Shown: piece by piece, positions 45,017 through 53,643 of the stretch
How positions within the stretch are numbered: position 1 is the stretch's first letter
Layout: each line of letters begins with the position of its first letter
Notes under the pieces: model-generated
The model's database searches: none
What the model saw: the letters and a program-made list of their open reading frames with translations, nothing else
What the model was told of the DNA's origin: nothing
Translations under genes and position numbers: made by a program
IMG/VR virus record: IMGVR_UViG_3300042890_000620
Coordinates: 1-53,643 of that record
Direction: 5' to 3' (one strand)
Length of the DNA: 53,643 bases
Source of the DNA: a virus
Taxonomy: Duplodnaviria > Caudoviricetes

Positions 45017-45042
45017 TTTTTATTTATTTATTTTTTTATTTA

Positions 45043-46443
45043 TTAAATCGGTTGTAACCATATATCGTTTTCTGATGGAGATAATGGTGCGGTTGCACTT
45101 ATTGTTAATGTGATGCCTGTTCCAATTACTACGTTGGTATTTGAAAGGGCAGTTAAGTTAAGAGTATTCATAGAATATGCCAAATAACTATCCGTTAAAA
45201 TAACACTACCCAATGGGTCTTCTACTTCTACATTAAAATCATCTAAAACAATGTTTTCAGTATCTTCTGCAAATATATTTACAGTGTCAAGTGTTACCAT
45301 AGCAGTATCTTTTAAAACTGCTACACTATCGTTTATTGTAATATTTTCAGATGCTTCTGCTAAAATACCTTCTGATTTTATTGTTGTACCTGCTGAATTT
45401 TTAATTACTGCTGTACTGTCGTTAATAGTAATGTTTTCAGAAGTTGCCGCTAAAATGCCTTCACTTTTTAAAGTCGTTCCTGCACTGTCTTTTATAACTG
45501 CGGTACTGTCTGCAACATTATAGTTTGCTGAACCTTCTGCAAGTACAGTAACTGCACTTATCAATGTAGCATCACTTTTTCTAACATTGACTGTACTATT
45601 GATTATAGTTATATTTTCGGAAGTTGCTGCCGGTATTGCCTCTGTTTTAATTGTTGTTCCTGCGCTATTTTTAATTACTGCTGTACTATCGGCCACAACC
45701 ACATTTAATCCAGTAATCGTTCCAACAGATGCTGGGACAGAATTTATTACAGGAATATCTACTGTATCGGGTGCAGAAATGGTATCGTAAAGATTGCCAT
45801 TTATTTCAATATCAACATCACCGCCACCACCCGAAGGAAGTGTTATTGTCAAAGTATTTCCTACCAAACCTACGCTTGTAGGGACAACAGGGTCAACGCC
45901 ATCTGTCAAATCTACGTCAATAGTTTTTACGCTTACAACATCTCCTTCATCAACTCCATTAACATTTATTTGAGAATCTGGCAATGTTAATGTCCCTCCA
46001 CTTGGAACAGGCGCCATGTAGGACATATCGCTATTCTCTACATCACCATCTGCGGACACACTTTCAGTAATGGTTTTAAAGCTTCCGTTTTGATCTAATA
46101 CTTTAAAACCGCTTTCAGAAGTGAACTCCGTACATTCTCTATTTTTAAGGCCAATTGCTTCTGAGGTAAGATTAAACTCACTTACATTTGTTTTTTTTAA
46201 AACACTTATGAAGTTTTCAGTTGGGTCAATGTTGGTGACGTTTATGTAGGTTATATCAAAATAACCACTTGAAAAATCATTTATTAAAACGACATTTTGG
46301 CCAGAACTTGTAAGCAAACCTTCTGTTGATTTCTCCAATCGTGTGCCTTGTCTAACAATAACATATTGGATATTATATTGCACGTTACCTGCTGATTGCA
46401 AGTTAATAACAAGGGATTCTATGGGAGTGTTTAATCTTATCAT
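45043..46443 (-). CDS. Fibre stalk protein of the flanking phage
   Basis: Unique N-terminal ~130 aa, a VENSD module shared with 1301-2461, and repeats plus C-terminus shared with 7069-8343; TATCTTTG at 46458-46465. Confidence 0.65.
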   Translation of the reverse strand: MIRLNTPIESLVINLQSAGNVQYNIQYVIVRQGTRLEKSTEGLLTSSGQNVVLINDFSSGYFDITYINVTNIDPTENFISVLKKTNVSEFNLTSEAIGLKNRECTEFTSESGFKVLDQNGSFKTITESVSADGDVENSDMSYMAPVPSGGTLTLPDSQINVNGVDEGDVVSVKTIDVDLTDGVDPVVPTSVGLVGNTLTITLPSGGGGDVDIEINGNLYDTISAPDTVDIPVINSVPASVGTITGLNVVVADSTAVIKNSAGTTIKTEAIPAATSENITIINSTVNVRKSDATLISAVTVLAEGSANYNVADSTAVIKDSAGTTLKSEGILAATSENITINDSTAVIKNSAGTTIKSEGILAEASENITINDSVAVLKDTAMVTLDTVNIFAEDTENIVLDDFNVEVEDPLGSVILTDSYLAYSMNTLNLTALSNTNVVIGTGITLTISATAPLSPSENDIWLQPI

Positions 46444-46485
46444 ACTAAAATCTGTTTCAAAGATAACTATTGTTTGCTTAGGTTG

Positions 46486-49400
46486 TTATTTTCGTTCTTT
46501 AGGTTTTTTGTAATCTTCTCTTTGTTCTTTTTGGAGTTTTACTTCTTTTTGGTTTTTGTCAATCTCTCTAATTTTTTTATTGAGGTCTTTTATTATTTCA
46601 GGCTCACCCTTAGATTTTCTAATTGCATTGCCTTCTTTAGCATACTTAATAGCATTATCACGCTTGATAACTCCAATTTCTTTCTTTTTAGAATCATTGT
46701 AAATTTCCCAAAAATCTTTTGTATATCTAAATTCTTGAGCTTTCATATCTACAACAAACTTACTATAAAATGGTATTCTATTTGGGTTTAATTCTGTGCC
46801 TTTTAGTGCTACTTGTCCAAGTTCAATACCTTTAAACATTGTTGTTATTACACCACCTGTTGCATCGTTTACAAGATACTCTAATGTTTCAGGGGAAACG
46901 TCTAAACCTGCATTCCAATACACGTTTTTAGCAACATCTTTGTAGATTTGATTTGTTCTTTCAAAGTATCTTAAATAGTCAGATTCTTCAACACCATAAC
47001 TGTCAGGCAATATTGGTGCTTTATTATAATCTCTATTTAAGAAGTTTACCTCTACAAATGGTCTTAATGAAGTTGGTGTAAGTGCTGAGTATTTGTTTGA
47101 CATATTCCCTGTGATTGGGTCAAATGAACTTACCAATGTAGAAACCATATTGCCTGTATGTTCACCTACATCACCATCCATTGACAATGCCCCTAACTCA
47201 TGCCCTGCATTAAAGAATACCTTTAACATACCATAAGGTTTTGGTATTTTTACTGAACGATAATCCCCTATTGGGATTATGTAACTATTACTTTGTTCTT
47301 CTGCTGATATAAGATTGTTGTAAAAATCTTTTTCGTCATCATCTCCAGAAACCATATCTATAATTGCTTGTTGCATGAATGGATAGGCCATACCAAGTCC
47401 AAATAATGCTGCTGCCCTTTTTTGTCCTCTTGGAGTTTTTAATGCTTTCATTCCTGCATACAACGATTGGAACCCTGCATTACTAAACAAATAGAATGTA
47501 TTAATTAATGGCGTACCTGTTCCTTTTTTATTAAAGTTGACAGATAAGTTTTTAGAAATACTTGCTGCTTTATCTACCGGAACGCCAAAATCTCTCAATG
47601 CTTTAAACACAGACAATCTTGTTGCCATCTCCACAGATTCGTTTATTGCGCCTAATGTCCCAATTGCCGATTTAAAGACTTGTTTGGTATAATACGCCCC
47701 ACCTTTATCGCCATACTTGGCAATCATTCCATTAATCTTCTTTTGCTCACTTTCTATTTCACCATAATTCATCCAAGAGATTTTCCCACCACTTGATAGG
47801 TATTCATCTACCACTTTACCCATTTCTGAGTTTGGATCTAAATTACCCATGGTTGCTTTGAATGATGCTTTGGTTGCTTTCTTGTAGTTCTTAATTACTG
47901 CGGTTGTCAATCCTTCAATGTTTACTCCTGCTGCGTTAAATATAACGTCTTGAACATCCCTAAGTACGTTTGTAAAGGCAAACTCAGGGTTGTATTGTGT
48001 TAAAATTGCTCTTTTGAATGAGTTATACATATTAAATATTCTCAATATTGACCTCATGGCCGAGCTTTTATCTGCGTTATTCTTTAACCAAGCATCTCTT
48101 AAACCTTGGTGATTGAATTTAATGTACTTAACCTTACCACCAATTTTAACTTTTACTGAATTGTCTTTTATTTCAGAAGGCAATGCAAATTCACCACCCG
48201 GTAATCCTGCAACATCTACAATATCCCAAACGCCTTTGTTTGGATTTTCTTTTACTAAATTGTATAAAGATTGCGCCACTTTATTATCCTCAGATAGTTT
48301 TACTGATGCTTGGAAGTCTAACAATGATTGTGTTACAGGACTAATCCTTTTGGTGTAGTCATATTTGTTAGTCCCTTTTATTCTTTGGATTGGCTCAAAG
48401 CTTGCACCTCTTTTGCCGCTTGGTGTAACCTTGTCAGGCAATGCTTCTTGTTTAACTTTTAAAGGGATATAAAACTCAAAATCAACTCCTGTTACTTCAT
48501 CTTTGCCTGTTCTAAGTGCTTCTGCTTCTTCAGGAGATAAGTCGCCTGCTTCTTCTCTTAAATTAATATACTTTGTAATAACCGTTTCTCTAAATTCTTT
48601 GGAATATGCTTCCAACTTATCTTTCTTTCCTGCTTTCTCAAACTCCTTCATAAAGTTGTCTGCTTCGGCATCAGTCATACCACTACCTGCATCTGGGATT
48701 TCTTTTGCTTGTGCTGCTGCTAACTCCTTTTGCTTTTTGGTGATAAGTGCAGTATTAGATGTTACTCCCGGCAATCCAAGTTGATTGGCGTTTTGAAGGG
48801 CAGTCAATTCATCTTGTAATACTTGAACCTCAGCATCTTTCTCCATTTGGCGTTTTGTGGCTACCCTTTTGTTATACTCCTTAGCATGTTGAACCATCAT
48901 AAAAAAGTCTAAGTCTGTAATGTTTAATTTATCCTTAGCCATTCTTTGAACCATACCTTCAGTACCTTTTTTATTAGTAGCCATTTCGCCATAAGCCTTT
49001 CCAAATATTTTTTGATAAACTCTATTTACGGTGTCTGCCATTCTTCCAATTGCAATATCTTTTTGGATGTATGGGTTCATGTCATCAGGTAGTGTGCCTT
49101 TAGTTTTCTCAATTTCTTTTTGCATTTTTTCTTGCCAAATAAAATCGTCTGCCACCGTAGTTATGGCTTTTTCTACTCGTGATAACTCTTTATCAGCCTC
49201 AAAAACCTTTTGTCCTAATTCAAGTTCTTCTGCAATTCTCTTTTTAACATTTTCTAAATCACTTGATAGTTCTACATACAAATCTGTTAGGGCATCTGTT
49301 GCATTATTTATGTCTTGAACATCATTTTTTGCAGCGTGTATTGACATTGTTTTATAAACATCAATGGTATCTTTTAAGGCATCTAATATTACTTGGGCAT

Positions 49401-52400
49401 CATCTGTACTCGGTATGCCATCAAGTGCCTCTGTATAGAATAATCTTGCATTAATATTTCTAATGTTTGCGTTTTTAGTAGATAATTTTATTGTAGATTT
49501 TCTTCCTCTGATACTATCCCACAAACCTTTCATTGCAGAAGTTGCTTTGTAGCCTGTTGCTTGGATGAAGTCACCAAAGGATGTAACGCCTTTTTTAACA
49601 TACAATCCCATCAATTTACCCATGGCGGTCCACATCTTACCACTACCTACCTTAAATGAACCTAAGTCATTTCTTGATTTTCTAACTTCTATGTCTATGG
49701 TGTTTTTGAGGTCTGCAACTTCTTTGTTAAATATTCCATTGCGTGTATCTTCCCAATAGGATTCTGCTTGTTCCTTACTTTCAAATTCTGAACCTTTTGT
49801 TGCAACAAATTCTGTCTTGGACATTTGCTTAACTTCTTCTACAAGGTTTGGTAGATTAAAGTTGGTTACTCCAATAGAAGATAATTCTTGAATTTCTTTT
49901 TTGGATTTTGCTGCACTAAATAATGGTACTCCTTTTTCTACTTCTGCTTTTAGTTTAGGAGTGATGTCTATGGAGTATTGGGTGGATAATATTGGCTTAC
50001 CTGATACTCTTTTAAATGTGGTTATGGTGCCATCCAAATCATAATTAATTTGATACCCTAATAATTTTGCTTCATTAGAAAGTTTTTGTAATTCTGCATA
50101 ATCGCCATCCGAAATGCCTTCTTCGTATTTATCTAATAAAATATTTAATTCTTCAGGCGCTTCTGATATATCAAATTCTTGATTGGTTAATTTTACATCT
50201 TGTTTTTGAATCTCAATATCCACCGTTTTTGGTTCTTGATTAAACAAACTTTTTGCTAAGTTTCCTACTATACCTAAACTACCTTCTTTTGGTGAACCAT
50301 AAAACCCTTTCATTCCTTTGCCGCCTACTTTAAGGTCGTTGCCTTTTAAGAATTTATAATCTCCACCTATTGTAGATTTAACTCCTTCGTCATTTATTAT
50401 TTTTTCAGCAACATCTTTACCGATATAATCAGCAAGTTTTTCAGATGGTATATTATCTCCAATTTCTACTTCGCTACCGCCTATTGCATCACCATACAAC
50501 CTATAAGTGCCATCTTCATTTTTCTCATAATACAATATCTCTATTTGCTTACTCAAATCATACCTATCATTTTGTTGTTCGCCAGTAGTCCATGCAATTT
50601 TGTCTGCACCTTGCGCAACCGCTTCTTTAAGTGCAACCTTTAATCCAAGTTTTGCCCAAGAGTTTGTGTCGGTTACGAATGGGGCTTTTGGAATTAAACT
50701 TATTCCTTTTTCTTTTCTCTTTAAATTTGTCAATTCAGTCATTTCTGTTTGAGAAAGACCTTCTATATCGAACTTATCATTTAATTCTTTTGCTCTTTTT
50801 GCATCTTCGTTTGTAAATTCGCCACCAGTAAACCCTTCTTTCTTCCCTTTTTGGCCCCAATCTGATTGTACTTCCTCCAAGAACAACACTTTATTACCAT
50901 CAACATCAGTACGAGTGTTCATACGAAGGTGGACTACAATGTTTGCTTCTTCAAAGTGGGATGATTTGAAGTCTCCTTTTTTTTCTACTCTAAAATTCTG
51001 TTTAAATGCTGAAGTGGCATCTTCTTTTGTAGGATTTATTCTTTTAGAGTAAGACGTAATTAGTTCTCCATTTTTATCAAAGAAAGACCAAAAGTTACCT
51101 TCTTCCTTAATCTCTACTTCATTAAAATTATATTTTGAATCATATTTTTTTGGCAACGTAACCAACACCTCTTTGTAGTTTTCTTTTTCTCCCTCTAATT
51201 GGTATTGAGCAAATTTAGCATCAGAAGGTTCCATATAATCAAAATCGGCATATTCTCTGGCATAATCAACCATTTCTTGCCTACTCATTCTACTTACTTC
51301 CGCTTCATCAGCATCCATATTATTAATAAGATGCTGTTCGATTTCGTCTAAGGTCCAATCTGCAAATGGTTCTTTAGCTTCTTGTTTCACCACCTCAACA
51401 ATTTCAATTCTATTTTCTTTAATAAAATCTCTTAATTCTTTTTTGGTAACTAAATCTTTGCCTTTTTTCTCTAAGAAGTCACGCACTCCTGTCCACAAAT
51501 CTTCATCCTCTTTGCTTTTTAATCGTTCTGCCCATTTATTTGCCGGCAATACATCTTGCTTAGAATCAATGATTGCTTGTTCTATTGGTTGATACCATCC
51601 ATTAATAACTTCTGCTGATTCATTTGTAGTATCTCTTTCAACCTCTACTTCTGTCCCATTAGGTAATGTTACTGAATATCTTACATTCATTTCTTTTGCA
51701 AACATACCTTTGTTCCATTTCTTGTTACCAACTTGGCCATCAATGTATTTCATTGCTTTGGCTATGGCATTGGCTAACTTCATGCCTGCCTCAACAGATG
51801 TTGCCACAAGTTCTATTGCAGTATTGTAAACTGTTAATGGTATGCCTATGGTAGCATCAAATTGTTTGCCTTTAGTATCGGCTTTTAATCCTCTGATTTT
51901 GTTGGCCAAGGTTTTGGTGTCTTTCTCCTTAGTAGGTTGTTCTGACAATAAATCTTCTACTGCTTTTACTAACTCAGGGTTACTTCCATCGGCTTTTGCT
52001 TTATGATATGCTTCTGAAATTGCTTGTGGGTCATTTATTATTAATTTGTCTGTATTAAAAATTGCTAAGTTTTTATCTTTTGTGTTTCTAAATTCTCTAA
52101 TAAAAACCCCATCATAACCTTTATTTATTAGCCATTCTTTTATGCCTTTGCTTTCTAATACATCCCAATCACCATGTTGAATATACTCTGAAATTATTTC
52201 ATATCCATCTTTATCTTTTAACTTACCAAGTGTTAATTCTATCTCCCCATTGTCAAGCGCATCCGCAAGTTCTTTTGCTTCTTTCGTTAAGTTAGATAAG
52301 TCGTATTCTATTGGTTTGTCATCTATCTTAATATTTGTTGGGTCAAATATTTTTGCATCTTTCGATATTTTAACCCTTAATAATCTTCCCCCTTTTGCCA

Positions 52401-53643
52401 TAGAAAATGGTTCTGCGGCCTCTTTGTTTTGTGCTAAAAAAATAGGTTGTTCAGTTTCTATTGCCTCTACACCCATCTTTTTAAATTTCTTAAAAGATGT
52501 AAAATCTTTTGTTGTTCCATGATAAAAATAATCTTTACCTGTAAATGAGTTTATCAATCCATTTAAAAAATCTTTAAATTTATTTTTACCAACCCCCTCT
52601 AATGCTTTTGCAGTTGCTTCTACATTTGCGAGTGCAGGGTTGCCATCCATATCCATTTCAGTTTGCCCTTCAAGTAAACTATCAAACTGTTCTTTTAGGG
52701 ATTTAACTTCTTCTTTGGCTGCATCGTAATCTCTTTTTATGTTAGATACTTTTTTAGCTTTGGCATCTACATCGTTTAATAAAGATATTTGATTTGCTTG
52801 AAACATATTTTGTTGCATAGCTTCTTTATCTTTATTTAGACTTGCTTGAGCCTTGTCTAATTTAGTTTTTAAAGACTTGGCATTTTCTTCTGCCACTTTT
52901 AACTGTTCGCCTATTCTTGCTTTTCTGGCATCGCTTGTTTTGGGAGTTACTTCTTCTCCTTTTTCTTTTGTTCCATCTTTTTCATTTGAAACATTAGTTT
53001 CGCCTTGTCTAACTTCGGCATTTTCGCTAATCTCGCTTTGATTTCTGCTTTCATTTTCTTCTAATATATTATTTTGTTCTTGTTCTGTTAATGTTGTTGC
53101 AAACCATTCTTCATACTCCTTTGCCAAAGTATCTAAGTTTGCATTAATTTCTTCCATATCACTATCTGTGATTTCTGGAAATTCTTTTATGGCTTGTCTT
53201 GCTTCACTCAACCTATAACCCATCTTCATCGCAGCACCTCCTGAACCTACTACCATATTAACCTCACCATCACTTTCTATTTGGTTTAATACTTGAATAA
53301 GTCTTTTTGCAGGGGCGCTATTTGTCTTACCTGCTTTTATATCTTTTTCTCCTTGCCTAATCTCTTGCCAACTTATTCCATAAGTATTTGCATCTAATCG
53401 TGGTGCAGTTTGGTCGCCATTCCATGCTGTAACTAAATCTTTTTCAATGAGTTTTTCTGCAACCTTTACTTGTTCGGGAGTTGCTTCAGGAATGTCGCTT
53501 TTGGTTTGGCTTTTACCTACCTTTTTGCCATCTTTAAATAGCTCATACTTTTTTGTACGGTTTGGTTTTTGAACATTGGCATCTTTAATTGTAAAGCCAT
53601 ATTTACTTGCAGTTGCAAAAATATCTACAATTTCAGCACTTGG
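46486..53643 (-). CDS. Large polyvalent protein (partial, >2380 aa) with ART-like, EEVQSDW and LPD38-like domains
   Basis: The frame stays open from 53256 to the window end (checked by hand). YHGT...IFLA...GYDGV (ART-like, ~52030-52535), SSHF...EEVQSDW (~50550-51215), C-terminal VNFNKKG...IPKPYG...SPETLEY (LPD38-like). Confidence 0.85.
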   Translation of the reverse strand, partial: PSAEIVDIFATASKYGFTIKDANVQKPNRTKKYELFKDGKKVGKSQTKSDIPEATPEQVKVAEKLIEKDLVTAWNGDQTAPRLDANTYGISWQEIRQGEKDIKAGKTNSAPAKRLIQVLNQIESDGEVNMVVGSGGAAMKMGYRLSEARQAIKEFPEITDSDMEEINANLDTLAKEYEEWFATTLTEQEQNNILEENESRNQSEISENAEVRQGETNVSNEKDGTKEKGEEVTPKTSDARKARIGEQLKVAEENAKSLKTKLDKAQASLNKDKEAMQQNMFQANQISLLNDVDAKAKKVSNIKRDYDAAKEEVKSLKEQFDSLLEGQTEMDMDGNPALANVEATAKALEGVGKNKFKDFLNGLINSFTGKDYFYHGTTKDFTSFKKFKKMGVEAIETEQPIFLAQNKEAAEPFSMAKGGRLLRVKISKDAKIFDPTNIKIDDKPIEYDLSNLTKEAKELADALDNGEIELTLGKLKDKDGYEIISEYIQHGDWDVLESKGIKEWLINKGYDGVFIREFRNTKDKNLAIFNTDKLIINDPQAISEAYHKAKADGSNPELVKAVEDLLSEQPTKEKDTKTLANKIRGLKADTKGKQFDATIGIPLTVYNTAIELVATSVEAGMKLANAIAKAMKYIDGQVGNKKWNKGMFAKEMNVRYSVTLPNGTEVEVERDTTNESAEVINGWYQPIEQAIIDSKQDVLPANKWAERLKSKEDEDLWTGVRDFLEKKGKDLVTKKELRDFIKENRIEIVEVVKQEAKEPFADWTLDEIEQHLINNMDADEAEVSRMSRQEMVDYAREYADFDYMEPSDAKFAQYQLEGEKENYKEVLVTLPKKYDSKYNFNEVEIKEEGNFWSFFDKNGELITSYSKRINPTKEDATSAFKQNFRVEKKGDFKSSHFEEANIVVHLRMNTRTDVDGNKVLFLEEVQSDWGQKGKKEGFTGGEFTNEDAKRAKELNDKFDIEGLSQTEMTELTNLKRKEKGISLIPKAPFVTDTNSWAKLGLKVALKEAVAQGADKIAWTTGEQQNDRYDLSKQIEILYYEKNEDGTYRLYGDAIGGSEVEIGDNIPSEKLADYIGKDVAEKIINDEGVKSTIGGDYKFLKGNDLKVGGKGMKGFYGSPKEGSLGIVGNLAKSLFNQEPKTVDIEIQKQDVKLTNQEFDISEAPEELNILLDKYEEGISDGDYAELQKLSNEAKLLGYQINYDLDGTITTFKRVSGKPILSTQYSIDITPKLKAEVEKGVPLFSAAKSKKEIQELSSIGVTNFNLPNLVEEVKQMSKTEFVATKGSEFESKEQAESYWEDTRNGIFNKEVADLKNTIDIEVRKSRNDLGSFKVGSGKMWTAMGKLMGLYVKKGVTSFGDFIQATGYKATSAMKGLWDSIRGRKSTIKLSTKNANIRNINARLFYTEALDGIPSTDDAQVILDALKDTIDVYKTMSIHAAKNDVQDINNATDALTDLYVELSSDLENVKKRIAEELELGQKVFEADKELSRVEKAITTVADDFIWQEKMQKEIEKTKGTLPDDMNPYIQKDIAIGRMADTVNRVYQKIFGKAYGEMATNKKGTEGMVQRMAKDKLNITDLDFFMMVQHAKEYNKRVATKRQMEKDAEVQVLQDELTALQNANQLGLPGVTSNTALITKKQKELAAAQAKEIPDAGSGMTDAEADNFMKEFEKAGKKDKLEAYSKEFRETVITKYINLREEAGDLSPEEAEALRTGKDEVTGVDFEFYIPLKVKQEALPDKVTPSGKRGASFEPIQRIKGTNKYDYTKRISPVTQSLLDFQASVKLSEDNKVAQSLYNLVKENPNKGVWDIVDVAGLPGGEFALPSEIKDNSVKVKIGGKVKYIKFNHQGLRDAWLKNNADKSSAMRSILRIFNMYNSFKRAILTQYNPEFAFTNVLRDVQDVIFNAAGVNIEGLTTAVIKNYKKATKASFKATMGNLDPNSEMGKVVDEYLSSGGKISWMNYGEIESEQKKINGMIAKYGDKGGAYYTKQVFKSAIGTLGAINESVEMATRLSVFKALRDFGVPVDKAASISKNLSVNFNKKGTGTPLINTFYLFSNAGFQSLYAGMKALKTPRGQKRAAALFGLGMAYPFMQQAIIDMVSGDDDEKDFYNNLISAEEQSNSYIIPIGDYRSVKIPKPYGMLKVFFNAGHELGALSMDGDVGEHTGNMVSTLVSSFDPITGNMSNKYSALTPTSLRPFVEVNFLNRDYNKAPILPDSYGVEESDYLRYFERTNQIYKDVAKNVYWNAGLDVSPETLEYLVNDATGGVITTMFKGIELGQVALKGTELNPNRIPFYSKFVVDMKAQEFRYTKDFWEIYNDSKKKEIGVIKRDNAIKYAKEGNAIRKSKGEPEIIKDLNKKIREIDKNQKEVKLQKEQREDYKKPKERK

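Larger units (their letters stand above)
42032..45246. repeat. Long direct repeat R, right copy
   Basis: Matches 3976-7272; identical-looking core at 42345-44749. Confidence 0.97.

Noticed and set aside
3976-45246. R as simple terminal redundancy of a single phage
   Set aside because: The sequences outside the two copies are unrelated to the corresponding inside sequences, and the repeat edges are diverged, so two different genomes are involved.
1041-53041. Plus-strand ORFs in the track such as 4629-5075, 9101-9478, 14681-15061, 37656-38177 and 46474-46791
   Set aside because: They are antisense shadows of well-supported minus-strand genes. Only 13950-14195 and 14198-14428 lie in a free gap with a promoter.
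1-53643. Stop-codon reassignment as seen in some Bacteroidota phages
   Set aside because: Genes are full length and tightly packed under the standard code, and TAA, TAG and TGA all occur as stops.

Overview
AT-rich phage DNA with almost all genes on the minus strand. The host is probably Bacteroidota (many TAnnTTTG -7 promoters). The layout is A-R-B-R-C. B plus one copy of R is a complete-looking 37,975-bp siphovirus-type genome: terminase, portal, XkdF-type protease, capsid, tail, tape measure, lysis genes, initiator, primase-helicase, ERF, NinG, two DNA methyltransferases and a glycosyl/methyltransferase cluster. It has no recognisable integrase or repressor. R is a ~3.3-kb direct repeat of virion appendage genes (3976-7272 and 42032-45246) with a ~2.4-kb core that looks identical. 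The flanks belong to a second, apparently larger phage. A (45247-end) carries a >2380-aa polyvalent protein with ART-like and LPD38-like domains. C (1-3975) carries two fibre+partner cassettes, a permuted papain-like amidase and a holin-like gene. This is either a phage-in-phage cointegrate formed by homologous recombination through a shared appendage module, or an assembly chimera of two phages that very recently exchanged that module. Other signals: swappable fibre/partner cassettes with homology arms, an opposite-strand ORF that copies the capsid N-terminus, a promoter-driven tRNA-like RNA with a collapsed anticodon arm, a thrice-repeated late-promoter motif, a -1 frameshift site, a phased iteron array and a CCGG-rich replication module. 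All homology calls come from motif recognition by eye; no searches were run.
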